A DNA stretch of 64,000 bases from Methanobacteriota archaeon (GTDB taxonomy: Archaea > Halobacteriota > Bog-38 > Methanoflorentales > Methanoflorentaceae): positions 1,024,001 through 1,088,000 of the forward strand of contig OY970393.1 of NCBI GenBank assembly GCA_963720465.1, in the 5' to 3' direction. The notes under the pieces are model-generated. The model worked only from the letters and a program-made list of their open reading frames with translations. It made no database searches and was not told the origin of the DNA. Position 1 is the first letter of the stretch. Each line of letters opens with the position of its first letter. Of this stretch, positions 22,251 to 32,578 are shown piece after piece. The translations under genes and the position numbers were made by a program.

Positions 22251-22662
22251 ATACCAATGCACCACACTTGCACGCAAGAACGCACGACAACTCCGCTGCG
22301 CCATCGCATAGATCGCACTTAACCGCTTTGCGATCGCGCGTCAATACCGCCCCAAACGGGCACGCATCAATACACGCGAAACAGCCGGTGCAGCGCTCGT
22401 CGTCAATCGTCACCACGCCCGCTTCACTTTTTACGATCGCACCCGCTTCACACACTTCGATACACTTCGGCCGCTTACAGTGCAGACATCGTGTGAGATG
22501 TAGCTTGCCGTCTTTGTATCCGATGGTAAGCCTCGAGATCGGGGAAGGGTGTTCCGACATCGCAGTGTTAATGTCGCCTGACTGGCTATGGCGCAGGGCA
22601 CACGCAAGCTCGCACGTCTTACACGCTACACAGTTCTTCGGAACAAACCTAGCGATCAACAT
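22234..22662 (-). CDS. cooF: CooF-like 4x[4Fe-4S] electron transfer protein
   Basis: CVACKTCELAC, CLHC..PKCIEVC, CTGCFACIDACPFG, KCDLC...CVLAC; directly upstream of CODH. Confidence 0.88.
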   Translation of the reverse strand: MLIARFVPKNCVACKTCELACALRHSQSGDINTAMSEHPSPISRLTIGYKDGKLHLTRCLHCKRPKCIEVCEAGAIVKSEAGVVTIDDERCTGCFACIDACPFGAVLTRDRKAVKCDLCDGAAELSCVLACKCGALVYGQET

Positions 22663-22979
22663 GAGCAGCCGAACTATGCCGTTGATTTTATGAAACCTCT
22701 CATCGCGGTTGAGTACGGTTCACGGTATTCATAATACCACCTGATCCCATCACAGCCGCAGAGAAATCGCTGAGCCATTGGGTGCTTGTGAAAATGCGGA
22801 CTCCCCACAGGACGAGACAAAGTGTCTTTCGCATTCTGCTTGAATGAAATAACGCGATATTGAGCAGTAGGCAACGATCTAATGCTTGTATTATTTTATA
22901 TAACCTTAGTCATATATATGTATAGTCTTACCAAAACGACAGAAAGTATTTATAGTGCACTAAAGCGAGTAAGTTACTA

Positions 22980-23255
22980 ATGGGGCTTGTGAACGTCCGT
23001 CTGTTCGCAAATTTGCGCGAAATCGTGGGGCACCCACAATTAGCTGTAGAGGCAAGTACAATACGCGAGGTACTCACGACACTTCAGGCAGAGCACCCGG
23101 CGTTGCGGTCTGTGCTCTGTGACGACGACGGCAAGGTTCGCTCATACATCACGATCCTCGTAAACGGCAAGAATATACGCGAAATGGAAGCGCTCGCCAC
23201 GACTGTATCAGTTGGCGACGAAGTTGCCATCTTCCCGCCCGTTTCAGGCGGCTAA
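22980..23255 (+). CDS. moaD: MoaD/SAMP1 ubiquitin-like sulfur carrier
   Basis: VRLFANLRE, ILVNG and C-terminal FPPVSGG. Confidence 0.92.
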   Translation: MGLVNVRLFANLREIVGHPQLAVEASTIREVLTTLQAEHPALRSVLCDDDGKVRSYITILVNGKNIREMEALATTVSVGDEVAIFPPVSGG

Positions 23256-23267
23256 CTAGCGTAAATA

Positions 23268-23603
23268 TCAATCCGAGAGGTCGATGTACCATTTGGTAAG
23301 TTGGTTCAGTGAGCCTTCCATGCCTCGATAATCCCCTAGAAGCTCATAACCGAACGCAGTCAGCTTGGCCCCGCCCCCTTCTTTTCCGCCTCGCGTCCTC
23401 TCAACAAGAGACCGACCGAGCCGTTTTTCAACGACGGTTATGCGTTCCAGAGCGTAGCGATACGACATCCCCAGCTCGCGCGCCGCGGCGCTGACAGATC
23501 CAAGCCTATCTATTTCAGCAAAGAGCCTCATCGTACCGAGGCCAAAAACGTATTCTTCATCTTCGCCGACGAACCACAGTTTGAATCGTGGTCTAATTCT
23601 CAT
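23268..23603 (-). CDS. ModE-type winged-helix regulator (N-terminal domain only)
   Basis: IDRLGSVSAAARELGMSYR...RGGKEGGGAKLT. Confidence 0.88.
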   Translation of the reverse strand: MRIRPRFKLWFVGEDEEYVFGLGTMRLFAEIDRLGSVSAAARELGMSYRYALERITVVEKRLGRSLVERTRGGKEGGGAKLTAFGYELLGDYRGMEGSLNQLTKWYIDLSD

Positions 23604-23646
23604 GCTGGTAAGCTATAATAGGCTATGTGCACACTTAATCATAACG

Positions 23647-24837
23647 ATGAAATTCAAAACACGAACTCCATTCGAAGCGGCGCTGGATACGTTCCTCACC
23701 GCCATCGTGCCGATCGAAGAAACCGAGGTGACGCCATTACGAGAGGCGCGAGGGAGAGTGGTAGCACATCAGATCATTGCACAAAGGGATGAACCCAACT
23801 ATCGACGCGCTGCAATGGATGGCTACGCCGTCGTCGCCGACGACACGTTGGGCGCGAGCGAACATTCACCAATCGTTCTTAGAGTTGGCAACTCCGTGAG
23901 GCGCGGCGTGGCCTCGCGGGTCCACACCGGATCCAAAATACCCGACCAAGCCGACAGCGTCGTGATGGTGGAGGACACAGAACGTCTCGGCGACGTGGTT
24001 GAGGTTAGAGCGCACGTACATCCGTTCGAAAATGTCGGCCTCAAAGGAGAGGACATTGGCCGCGGTGATGTCGTTGTTGAGCCCGGCCATCAACTGCGAC
24101 CTGCGGACATCGGTCTACTCGCCTCCCTCGAGGTTCGCGACGTTACCGTCTACCGGCGACCAGATGTCGCGATCATACCGACCGGAGAGGAGCTCGTTGA
24201 AAAAGGGCCTTCAGAAGGGGAAGTGGTCGAAACAAATGGTCTTATAACGGCGCTTCTAGTAGAACAGTGGGGCGCTCACTACCGCTATCGAAGCATCGTT
24301 ACCGACGCGCGAGAGCTCATTGAAGCCGCATTGTTGCGGGACATCGATGCCGACCTGATACTTACGACGGGGGGGACCTCAGTTGGCATTCGGGACCTCG
24401 TACCAGAGGCGGTACGTAAGCTTGGCAAGCTTTTGGTGCACGGGATCGCAATCAGCCCCGCAAAGCCTACAGCGCTGGGGCTTGTAGAGAATACCCCCGT
24501 CGCGTGTCTGCCTGGGTTTCCGGTGGCCTGCCTCGTCGCTTCATACGCATTTGTCAAGCCAGCGGTCTATCGTCTGGCTCACTTCGACCATACATTTGAG
24601 CGGACGGTGACCGGCACGCTGGCGAGTAAGGTCATGGGAAAGCCCGGCTCGCGAACGTACGCGCGCGTGGCTATCAGGAACGGACGCGTCGAACCCATTA
24701 TGACGTCTAAATCAGGTATACTCCCTGGATCAGGCATACTCAGCTCTATGGCTAAAGCAGACGGATTCGTTATCATTCCGGAAAATGTTGGAGGGTACGA
24801 CAAGGGTCAACAGGTAGAGGTCGTGCTGTTCGACTAG
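23647..24837 (+). CDS. moeA: Molybdopterin molybdenumtransferase MoeA
   Basis: AAMDGYAV, PTGEEL, TTGGTSVG and LPGFP; start refined to 23647. Confidence 0.93.
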   Translation: MKFKTRTPFEAALDTFLTAIVPIEETEVTPLREARGRVVAHQIIAQRDEPNYRRAAMDGYAVVADDTLGASEHSPIVLRVGNSVRRGVASRVHTGSKIPDQADSVVMVEDTERLGDVVEVRAHVHPFENVGLKGEDIGRGDVVVEPGHQLRPADIGLLASLEVRDVTVYRRPDVAIIPTGEELVEKGPSEGEVVETNGLITALLVEQWGAHYRYRSIVTDARELIEAALLRDIDADLILTTGGTSVGIRDLVPEAVRKLGKLLVHGIAISPAKPTALGLVENTPVACLPGFPVACLVASYAFVKPAVYRLAHFDHTFERTVTGTLASKVMGKPGSRTYARVAIRNGRVEPIMTSKSGILPGSGILSSMAKADGFVIIPENVGGYDKGQQVEVVLFD

Positions 24838-24842
24838 CGATA

Positions 24843-25427
24843 AACGTCGGCTCACTACGAGGGCTTACCGCTCTTCGGACGGGAGTTGCCAATGTTGCAG
24901 GTACGCACCTGCTGAATGCGTCCAAGGGGTACAACTTTCGCTTTGTCAAAGAGTACAGACGGCACTGTATCGTACTCGTCAAAGGCTATTTGCAGCAGCA
25001 ACGTATCATCACCCGAAAGGGAGAGCTGATCTCGCCGCTTGATGATCTGACTGAAGCGCAGTTCATTAACCGGAATGCCGGGTCAGGAACTCGCGTTTGA
25101 CGAACATGTTACTTTAGCGGTGGCTATTACTGGGCACGTTTGCCGAGTTGACTCAATCAATCAATGGCCACGATTGTAAGGCGACCGCACGGCGCAGTGG
25201 CCTTGGCGGTGAAATTCGGGAAAGCAAATGCCGATATAGAGATCGGACCCGTCGCCAACCTAAACGGCTTGGCGTTCAGTCCGCTTGCTGATGAGGCGCA
25301 CGGCTTCTTTACACTGGAAGACCTCCTCGATGAGCCACCAGTGAAGCAATTTCTCCGCTACGATCAAGTGAATTCACAGGGTCGTTGCCATCAAACGTGC
25401 GAACCTACGATAAAACCAGACTTGTGA
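24843..25427 (+). pseudogene. Degraded remnant of the C-terminal substrate-binding (PBP) domain of a MoeA-PBP fusion (moeA2)
   Basis: 24843-25100 translates NVGSLRGLTALRTGVANVAGTHLL...YN...LVKGY...FINRNAGSGTRV*; 25164-25427 gives HGAVALAVKFGKA...GLAFSPLADE. No start codon for the first fragment, and it is out of frame with moeA. Confidence 0.75.
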
Positions 25428-25614
25428 TCCAGATTGGCTGGATGACCTGCCAGGCGGAAAACGCTGTGTGTGCCTGCGACGTCGCGATTGAGCGAGCCAC
25501 CGCTTTGCATCCGCACCAGTATCGATGCAAACAAAAGCACGCCCCTTTGTTGGTCAAGCTCTGCCCGTATTCTAGGCAACTTTTTATTGTCAGAAGTACC
25601 ATACCAGTTGCCCC

Positions 25615-25689
25615 GGGGTAGTAGGGTAGCTTGGTCCATCCTCGAGCGTTTGGGACGCTTGGACGGCAGTTCGAATCTGCCCTACCCCA
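25615..25689 (+). tRNA. tRNA-Pro(TGG)
   Basis: Acceptor stem GGGGTAG/CTACCCC, anticodon arm GAGCG-TTTGGGA-CGCTT, T-loop GTTCGAATC; TATA-like TTTTTATT at ~25581. Confidence 0.95.
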
Positions 25690-25736
25690 TAGGCTTAAGA
25701 CACGCCGATGAAGTAACTGTCGGAACCACCACATAA

Positions 25737-25811
25737 GGACTCGTTGCCTAGTCAGGATAGGGCACCGGCCTCCTAAGCCGGCGGTCGAGGGTTCAAATCC
25801 CTCCGGGTCCG
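25737..25811 (+). tRNA. tRNA-Arg(CCT)
   Basis: Acceptor stem GGACTCG/CGGGTCC, anticodon arm CCGGC-CTCCTAA-GCCGG, T-loop GTTCAAATC. Confidence 0.95.
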
Positions 25812-26168
25812 CTTTCGCGCTTTGAGCACAATGCTACTGCGCGTTTCATCAAACAGTGCGACGTCTAGATGGAGACAATAAAGATGGAGCGACGCGTTAG
25901 CTTACGAGTCGGCAGTTTTTTCTTTGACTACCCTCTTTTCAAGCACGGTCGCCAAGAAACGTGCTTGGCTCGGCTCCACTGCAGACCCTAAGTCGTGCAA
26001 CATATCGTATATCCGTTCGCTTCTAATGCGATTGTGTAACTTCCTTTTTCGTTTTTGTGGCCTATATAAGACTTAAGAGCTAGCAGCATCGAACAACGGC
26101 CAACCCTCGTCGCGCCAATTCGCCCGTGCCCGTTTCACAAGGCACCACGCTCGTCGATCTAGCAAGGG

Positions 26169-27749
26169 TTACAGGCGGAACTCGAAAGCCGCGACAGGAT
26201 AGATCAGTTTGTGCTCAACCAGCATATCTGGGTCGATCTCCCCAAAAGTTCCTACGGGCTGTCCATTGACGATAATCATTGCACGCCTGCCCTCAATGAA
26301 TGAGGGGTCGGCTGATTCAGTGACCTCAAACGGACGGTCGAGCTCCCGCAAGACCGCGTTCACGACCTTTTTTATTTCCGTGAAATTAGCTGAGCTGGAC
26401 GCAATAACGCCCGCGCACAGGCGCCGTTCTTCGGCCGCGTCGGCGACAAGGCGGACTACGTCACCCACCTCGTACACCATTTGGGGGTACTCTCGGTGCT
26501 GGTTGAGGGCCAGCGTGTCTATCAAGCCAGGCAACAAACTCGTTCGCAGGCTAATGTGCTCCTCAAGGAGAGGGTTTTCAATAATGACGGCTTCTCTGGG
26601 ATCGGAAGCCAACATAAGCGTGATGACCTCGAGGAATCCCAGCCCCTGTAGCACGTCCCTGACGAGGGTTGATCGCTGCTCTTCTTCCAGCCTGCTGCCG
26701 ATAGTTCCAAGCTTCGGAAAAGAAGACGGAAGGTTTTCGTAACCAAAACCGATAGCGACGTCTTCTATGATGTCAACCGGATGCATGATGTCAGTCCGGT
26801 AGCACGGAACCGACACCGTAATCGTGCCTGCGTCCGCCTCTGCGTCCATCCGCATTTTTTGCAGTGAGGCCATGATCACCTCGTCTGCGATCTCGGCGCC
26901 AATACGCTGCCTTACGTCGCTATTTCTGACGACAAGGGTCGAGCCGCCCATGTTGGGGGTACACAGCACGCGGTCGCCACCCCCATAAACGACGTCAACC
27001 GTCTCGATCGACGCTCCTCGGTCATAAAGCGCTGCGACAAGTATGTGAAGGCAGTCTTGAATAGCTTTCAGCTCAATACCCGTCACGTCAATGAAAAGAT
27101 CGGTCGTCTTTTCCGTAACACGGGTGAGCTCACCGTTGATAATTGGCGGAAATGAGAGAACGTGATCGTTTGCGTCCAAGATCAGGGGGTGGTGATCGCC
27201 GACGATGTGTGCGTATTCCTTTCCCTTCGGATGGACGCGAAGAATCTCTGCAGGGGTCATCGGTTCGGAAAAATCGAGGGGTATAAACGCGACTTCGCTA
27301 AGTGTGTACCTAAACGGTGGGCATACTCGAGAGAGATCGTGAATTCCTATCGAAGCCTTTCTGCGGTCCCGCCCAACTCCCCAGTGCAGGTCTTCCTGCA
27401 GATCGATCAATGACTTAATCGTCCTTTCATCGATCGTAATTCCTCTCACAACGGCGCAAACCACGTGTGGGCGCACCGCGTTTACCGATGGGTCGACCCC
27501 GATTTCGATACCCGAGGGTGAGGTCGCGTACGCGGGGAGACCCACCTCTAGTCCGAGCATCCCTTTTATCGCTCGAGCCCCGCCCTCAACACTAAACAAA
27601 TCAGGCCTATTTGGGAAAAACTCGACCTGTACCTCGTCATCGACACACTCAACATCTGCCCCGAGGCGTGGAAGCAATTCAACGATTGTGCCAATGTCGG
27701 CGCCAACCATTTCCTCAAGCTCCGCACGATTGAGGGTAACGACTGGCAC
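26169..27749 (-). CDS. pheT: Phenylalanyl-tRNA synthetase beta subunit
   Basis: FPNRPDL, QEDLH, SFPPIING and YRTDIMHPVDIIEDVAI. Confidence 0.95.
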   Translation of the reverse strand: MPVVTLNRAELEEMVGADIGTIVELLPRLGADVECVDDEVQVEFFPNRPDLFSVEGGARAIKGMLGLEVGLPAYATSPSGIEIGVDPSVNAVRPHVVCAVVRGITIDERTIKSLIDLQEDLHWGVGRDRRKASIGIHDLSRVCPPFRYTLSEVAFIPLDFSEPMTPAEILRVHPKGKEYAHIVGDHHPLILDANDHVLSFPPIINGELTRVTEKTTDLFIDVTGIELKAIQDCLHILVAALYDRGASIETVDVVYGGGDRVLCTPNMGGSTLVVRNSDVRQRIGAEIADEVIMASLQKMRMDAEADAGTITVSVPCYRTDIMHPVDIIEDVAIGFGYENLPSSFPKLGTIGSRLEEEQRSTLVRDVLQGLGFLEVITLMLASDPREAVIIENPLLEEHISLRTSLLPGLIDTLALNQHREYPQMVYEVGDVVRLVADAAEERRLCAGVIASSSANFTEIKKVVNAVLRELDRPFEVTESADPSFIEGRRAMIIVNGQPVGTFGEIDPDMLVEHKLIYPVAAFEFRL

Positions 27750-27758
27750 TTAGACACC

Positions 27759-29249
27759 TCAACGCAGCGCGCTTGGCGTATCGCGCAGCCAGGCGACGTC
27801 ACTCATGTAGAGCTTTCTGATGTCTGCCAGCCCCATTTTGAGCATCGCAATCCTCTCAATACCGATGCTGAATCCCAAAACGCTTTTGAGCCCTAACGGC
27901 TGAGTCACTTCAGGCCGAAAGACGCCGGCCCCTACCAACTCAAGCCAGCTGCCGTCCACAAAGACATCACCTTCAAGGCTCGGTTCGGTAAAAGGAAAAT
28001 AACCGGGTCTAAATCGAACGCGATCAAATCCGAGCCGTTCAAAGACCGCCTTAAGCACGCTGATCAGGTCGGCCAAGCTGAGGTCTTCACCGTGAATTGT
28101 CCCCTCGCACTGGTGAAACTGCGGCAGATGCGTTGAGTCCATACTTTCTCGTCGGAATACGCGGTCGATGGCGAAAATCATTGCCGGGGGCTCCGGATGG
28201 CGTACGAGATAACGAAATGCGGACCCGGTCGTATGAGTTCGCAAGACTGCTCTACGCGATCGCTCGAGGTCAAACTCGCCCCCCCACCCCATTGAACCCT
28301 CGCAGCCGAACCTATGTGCTGCTGCCACGCGCTCTGCCAGGTCCGTTGGCAATTCGAGCGCCGCTGGGCGACTGAGATAGAACGTGTCTTGTTCATCGCG
28401 TGCGGGATGGTCTTGCGGCACGAACAGAACGTCGAAATTATGGAATTCACTTTCGACGATCGGCCCCCTGAACTCGGCAAATCCCATCGAAATGAAGATT
28501 TCGCGCATTTCATCAATAAGGCGTCGCAGCGGATGTGCTTTGCCGGGATAAAGCGGAAGGGTAGCGGCGCTTACGTCGTAGGGCTTCAATCGTCCTCGCC
28601 AAGCCCCAGTTCTGATGAGTTCAGACGTGAGATCAGCAATATCACGGTCGGCCGCGGGTGGCACACGTAGTGGCGTTTCGTCGCCCACTTGAGTCAAAAT
28701 GACCTCACGTGATACAACCTGGTGTGCGCGAACGACATTGCGCTTTTCGAGCTCTTTGAGAGTCGGTTCTGCTACTTGTCGCTCAAGCGAGACGTCATTC
28801 AAGGTGAATTGGATACTGACCTTCACGTCCTGAAGTATGCGCTCTTCAGGCAGTTCGCGTGCCGCGCGAGGTGAAAGTATGGAGTCGCCATTCGCGGTCT
28901 CGATGGTGGCCCACCCACGACGCTTCAGCCAACCAACGGCGATTGGCACGGCTGGAAAGATGCTCTTGAGGTCCGTCAGTAGAGTAGGCCCATTTATGAG
29001 CAAGTAGTCGTGAACCTGCCGTTCTGGAAGCCCTTTCTCAGCATAGGTTACGCCCTCAGCTGTAAGTTCGTAAACAGTTTCGATGGTTTCTTTTACCTGC
29101 GCGAGCTCCTTTGTTTGAAGAAAGTACGCTGATTGAAGGACTGTTTCGGTTTTTAAGTCGGCGTCTTTTGACAGGACTTCAACTGTCGCTCGCTTTGCAC
29201 GCTTAAGGGCCCGAAAAAGTATCCAGTCATTCTTAGATAGCTGCACCAT
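27759..29249 (-). CDS. pheS: Phenylalanyl-tRNA synthetase alpha subunit
   Basis: PQDHPARDEQDTF, LRTHTT, FPFTEPS and GIERIAM; start refined to 29249. Confidence 0.95.
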   Translation of the reverse strand: MVQLSKNDWILFRALKRAKRATVEVLSKDADLKTETVLQSAYFLQTKELAQVKETIETVYELTAEGVTYAEKGLPERQVHDYLLINGPTLLTDLKSIFPAVPIAVGWLKRRGWATIETANGDSILSPRAARELPEERILQDVKVSIQFTLNDVSLERQVAEPTLKELEKRNVVRAHQVVSREVILTQVGDETPLRVPPAADRDIADLTSELIRTGAWRGRLKPYDVSAATLPLYPGKAHPLRRLIDEMREIFISMGFAEFRGPIVESEFHNFDVLFVPQDHPARDEQDTFYLSRPAALELPTDLAERVAAAHRFGCEGSMGWGGEFDLERSRRAVLRTHTTGSAFRYLVRHPEPPAMIFAIDRVFRRESMDSTHLPQFHQCEGTIHGEDLSLADLISVLKAVFERLGFDRVRFRPGYFPFTEPSLEGDVFVDGSWLELVGAGVFRPEVTQPLGLKSVLGFSIGIERIAMLKMGLADIRKLYMSDVAWLRDTPSALR

Positions 29250-29493
29250 ACGAATCTCTGACGTTATAGGAAGTAAAATACGCGTATTGCTACTCACCAC
29301 GCGCGATTATTATTTATTGTTACCTGTCGACACACAGTATGTGCAAGCCAAAATGATGGTATTGTCGCGAACCGAGCCTTGCTGACTGGATCTCTGTGCG
29401 GCTTGGGATTCAACGGCTTGTTCCCACGCACCACGACAGAGGCGGGGCCTTACGGGGATACCTAGTGGCAGATTACGGAAGCTCCATTTTTTT

Positions 29494-29949
29494 TTGTTCA
29501 GGAGAGACTTGCGCATAAGCGACAACATTGGGCGAATCGAAGCGTCTAAAGCCTCTAAAACGGTGGTGCCGTTGTTTGTCTTTGACCGAGACAAGGAGCG
29601 CGAAATCCGTACTCTAGTTCGAATGCGTTCCAGTTCATGGTCGAAGAAGCTTGTGGACGATCCCGCTGTCAACAATGGAAACTGGCAGTGGTGTGCGTCG
29701 ACCGGCCGCGATGCCCAGCCATATTTTCGGATTTTCAATCCTTGGCTGCAGCAGAGGCGGTACGATCCTGATTGCACTTACATCAAAGCGTGGATCCCGG
29801 AGTTACAGGCTATCGCCCATGCGCTTGTCCATTCTCTCGACAACTTTAAGGACAAGGCGATTCCTGGCTACCCCGCGCCAATCGTTGATCACTTAGCGGA
29901 AAGCAGTCGTGCGAAAGAAGCTTCTCGCAAAATCGCAACAGGCCTGTGA
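29494..29949 (+). pseudogene. Internally deleted DNA photolyase remnant
   Basis: N-terminal FRRDLRISDN...PLFVFD joined almost directly to C-terminal [29 protein letters not shown]...YIKAWIPEL...YPAPIVDH; 151 aa against ~450-480 for an intact enzyme. Confidence 0.82.
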
Positions 29950-30141
29950 GCGGCATCACAAACTAGTAAGCGCGTATCTAGTTCGATTAAGGCGACTAGG
30001 TGAAATGCTACGGCCTAAGGCGCGGAACTACCACCGCAGCCCCGACTCTCCAAGCGCTTACGTCAGCAGACGCTGGCGAACCTTTTGAGAATAATCGATG
30101 CTCACCGCACGACGTTTCGAACAGCAGGTTACTTGATCAAC

Positions 30142-31272
30142 TCATTCCGGACAGTCTCGGATGATGAAATCCTCTATTCGATCTTGCGCTTGCTCGCGCG
30201 CGGCCTGGTGATGTCTCAGGAATTGCACGACCTTGTCAGCAAGCTCATTCTTACACTCGCCACAAGCGCGCGCGCCGCGCAAACACTCTTCTCGCAGCTC
30301 AAGGGCCCGTTTATCGTCCTGCTCAAAGAGGTAGAATGAGTACTGATACACCGCACAAATATCAGGCACCCCGCCTAAATCCCTTTGTTCTTGCACCGTC
30401 GTTCGCCCGCCAGTAAAGGCGTTGGCAATTTTCGTGCGCACCTCCTCCGGACTGTCTGTTGTGAAGATGCTCGTTTCAGGAATCGATGCAGACATTTTGT
30501 CGAGTCCTAAGAGGCTCGGGAAAAACCGGCTATGGATGAGTGCGGGCTTGTAGTACCCCATTTTGGGAGCTACGTCGCGAGTAATACGAAAATGTGGGTC
30601 TTGGTCGATCGCGCACGGGATCAATACCGGAACGTTTCGCCCGGCTATTATCGAAGGAAGAAATGCTGGCGCCGATTGCATACTCGTGAAGAAGACCATT
30701 CCGATGTTGGTGCTACTGTCGAATCCAAAAACCGCGCGAGCTGCCGAAAATGTCACGCGCTTTGCCACTTCTAGCGCAATCGGATAGAGGGTTCGTGCGT
30801 ACTCTGTGTCGAGGAATATCCGAGTCTTCTCCGGATCAAAGCCGAGCGCTATCAGATCAAGAGCATTGTCATACGAAAAACCGCGCGTCGCACTAGCGAT
30901 TAGAGTATCCTTCTGTAGGAATTTTTCATCGTCGGTCATCTGGAAGTATAGATCTGCGTCAAACGCGTCTTGCAGGTACTTCGTGAAGATCCACGGCATC
31001 AGATGACCAAGATGCGTGTGCCCTGAAGGCCCTCGCCCGGTGTAGAGAACGAACTTTTCACCCGCTTCGTACCGATCAAGTATCCAGTTAAAGTCTCGAT
31101 GCGAGAAGAAGACCTGCCTCCGCAACATCGGGGGGATTGAGCCCGTAAACCTCTTGAATCGCGCCAAAATCGCGTCGTCAATGGGCTGCGTACCAAAGAG
31201 CGCCGTCAGCTTGTTATAGTCAACGTGGCCCTCTACTTCCCACGGTGTGACGAGAAATTCATCGCTTGGCAT
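30142..31272 (-). CDS. trpS: Tryptophanyl-tRNA synthetase (archaeal/eukaryal type)
   Basis: VTPWEV, YTGRGPS, HLGH, AIDQDPHFR and KMSAS. Confidence 0.96.
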   Translation of the reverse strand: MPSDEFLVTPWEVEGHVDYNKLTALFGTQPIDDAILARFKRFTGSIPPMLRRQVFFSHRDFNWILDRYEAGEKFVLYTGRGPSGHTHLGHLMPWIFTKYLQDAFDADLYFQMTDDEKFLQKDTLIASATRGFSYDNALDLIALGFDPEKTRIFLDTEYARTLYPIALEVAKRVTFSAARAVFGFDSSTNIGMVFFTSMQSAPAFLPSIIAGRNVPVLIPCAIDQDPHFRITRDVAPKMGYYKPALIHSRFFPSLLGLDKMSASIPETSIFTTDSPEEVRTKIANAFTGGRTTVQEQRDLGGVPDICAVYQYSFYLFEQDDKRALELREECLRGARACGECKNELADKVVQFLRHHQAAREQAQDRIEDFIIRDCPE

Positions 31273-31419
31273 CGTTGTCGGCCCTGTTCCGTTGCGTATT
31301 TCGGCTAGTGATAGTCACGAGCAATTATAAAGACACCGCATTGGCAAGACCTCAGGGCGCTGCAACTTGTTTGCCAGGTCAGGCGTATAGCGACATGGCG
31401 CGTGCCAACGGCAGCCGGG

Positions 31420-32457
31420 TTACGGTTTTGCCCGTCCAATGTCAAGGTACTCGATACTGTCCTTTCCACTATAAGCAAAGATCATTCGTTTGCGGACACC
31501 GTGTGCGAGACGAACGGCGCGTGACATTTCCGGAAGCATTACGATATAGTCCTCCGGAAGTGCGTGCACGAGGTACTTCGAGTGCGGGATCGCGCTTACG
31601 TCGCTGACTTGCTCATATGCCCTGAAATGGCTGCCAAATTTGAAACCTGTTTTCACGACCAAACCGCGATCGCGAAGGTCCGTATATACGTCGAGCTTCC
31701 TCACGAATTCTGGTTCGAGGACCTTCGCCCTGCGCGTGAATTGCCGTGCGGTGAAGCGCTTATTCGTCGCCCCGTCCTCAACTGGCAAGCCGAGTCGCAT
31801 GAGGTACGCGCACTCAAGAAGCGAGAGCTGGAGCAACTTCTCATCTACAAGCTTTCCGTAAAAGCCAGCTCTGTAGAGCTGCACGGCGTGTTGCTGATCC
31901 CAGATAACGACTCGGTCGTCAAGAAGGGTGGCGTCTGCTTCAGAGAGATCCACTGTTAATGGCGCCATCTTGCCCTGCATACGCGCGTTTTTAGCTTCGT
32001 AGAAGGTCAGATCGCTTTCCCCGTCAACGACCGCAAGAAGCATCTTTTTCCGCACGTTTTGAGTGAGTTTGACCTTTTGCACGAGATCAGCAAAGGGAAC
32101 GGCAATACGTTCTGAAAGCACGTAGACGTAGGCAAAAGCCGCACCCTCGCCGGGCCGTCCTCCGCGCGGATACAGCCGGAAGTCCGTCACGCTTGGTTGC
32201 ACGTAGTAACCCCGTTCGCGAAGGTCCTTGTAGACCACATATTTGAGGTCAAAGTAGGGTTGAATGCCAGAAGCCCTTTTCAGAAACTCTTTGAGCGAGA
32301 CCTCCAATTCAAGCCGATCCCGTTCTATCAAGAAGGCAGCTTCGACCAGTGACAGCTCGAGGCCGTCGCCTTTCAGCCGACCATAGTAGCTGTAGTCCTC
32401 CTCCGCAAAGGATCTCCTAGAGAGCACTACTTTGTCGCCCTTTATGTCCAACGCCAT
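31420..32457 (-). CDS. endA: tRNA splicing endonuclease (alpha2 tandem-repeat type)
   Basis: Two repeats of LSLxE...VYxDLRxRG; KTGFKFGSHFRAY, PHSKYL and HGVRK. Confidence 0.93.
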   Translation of the reverse strand: MALDIKGDKVVLSRRSFAEEDYSYYGRLKGDGLELSLVEAAFLIERDRLELEVSLKEFLKRASGIQPYFDLKYVVYKDLRERGYYVQPSVTDFRLYPRGGRPGEGAAFAYVYVLSERIAVPFADLVQKVKLTQNVRKKMLLAVVDGESDLTFYEAKNARMQGKMAPLTVDLSEADATLLDDRVVIWDQQHAVQLYRAGFYGKLVDEKLLQLSLLECAYLMRLGLPVEDGATNKRFTARQFTRRAKVLEPEFVRKLDVYTDLRDRGLVVKTGFKFGSHFRAYEQVSDVSAIPHSKYLVHALPEDYIVMLPEMSRAVRLAHGVRKRMIFAYSGKDSIEYLDIGRAKP

Positions 32458-32578
32458 CGTCTCACACCGTTCCTGTCATTTCCCAATACTGATGACGCGA
32501 TATTACTTTTTCCCCCTAATGCATAGCTTAAAATAGCAGCCAGCTGAGAATCTTATTGGTATCGGGCAGGCTCAGAGG

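Noticed and set aside
22890-22930. TATATAAC / CATATATATG as a ModE operator
   Set aside because: Cannot be distinguished from overlapping TATA boxes of the divergent cooF and moaD promoters.
25391-25639. Minus-strand ORF loosely resembling an NAD-dependent epimerase (VAGTHSVFRLAGHP)
   Set aside because: It overlaps tRNA-Pro, lacks GxxGxxG and YxxxK, and the adjacent DNA is better explained by the plus-strand moeA2 remnant.
25615-26169. tRNA pair as an integration site for a mobile element
   Set aside because: No integrase, and I saw no duplicated tRNA 3' end; housekeeping pheT follows directly.
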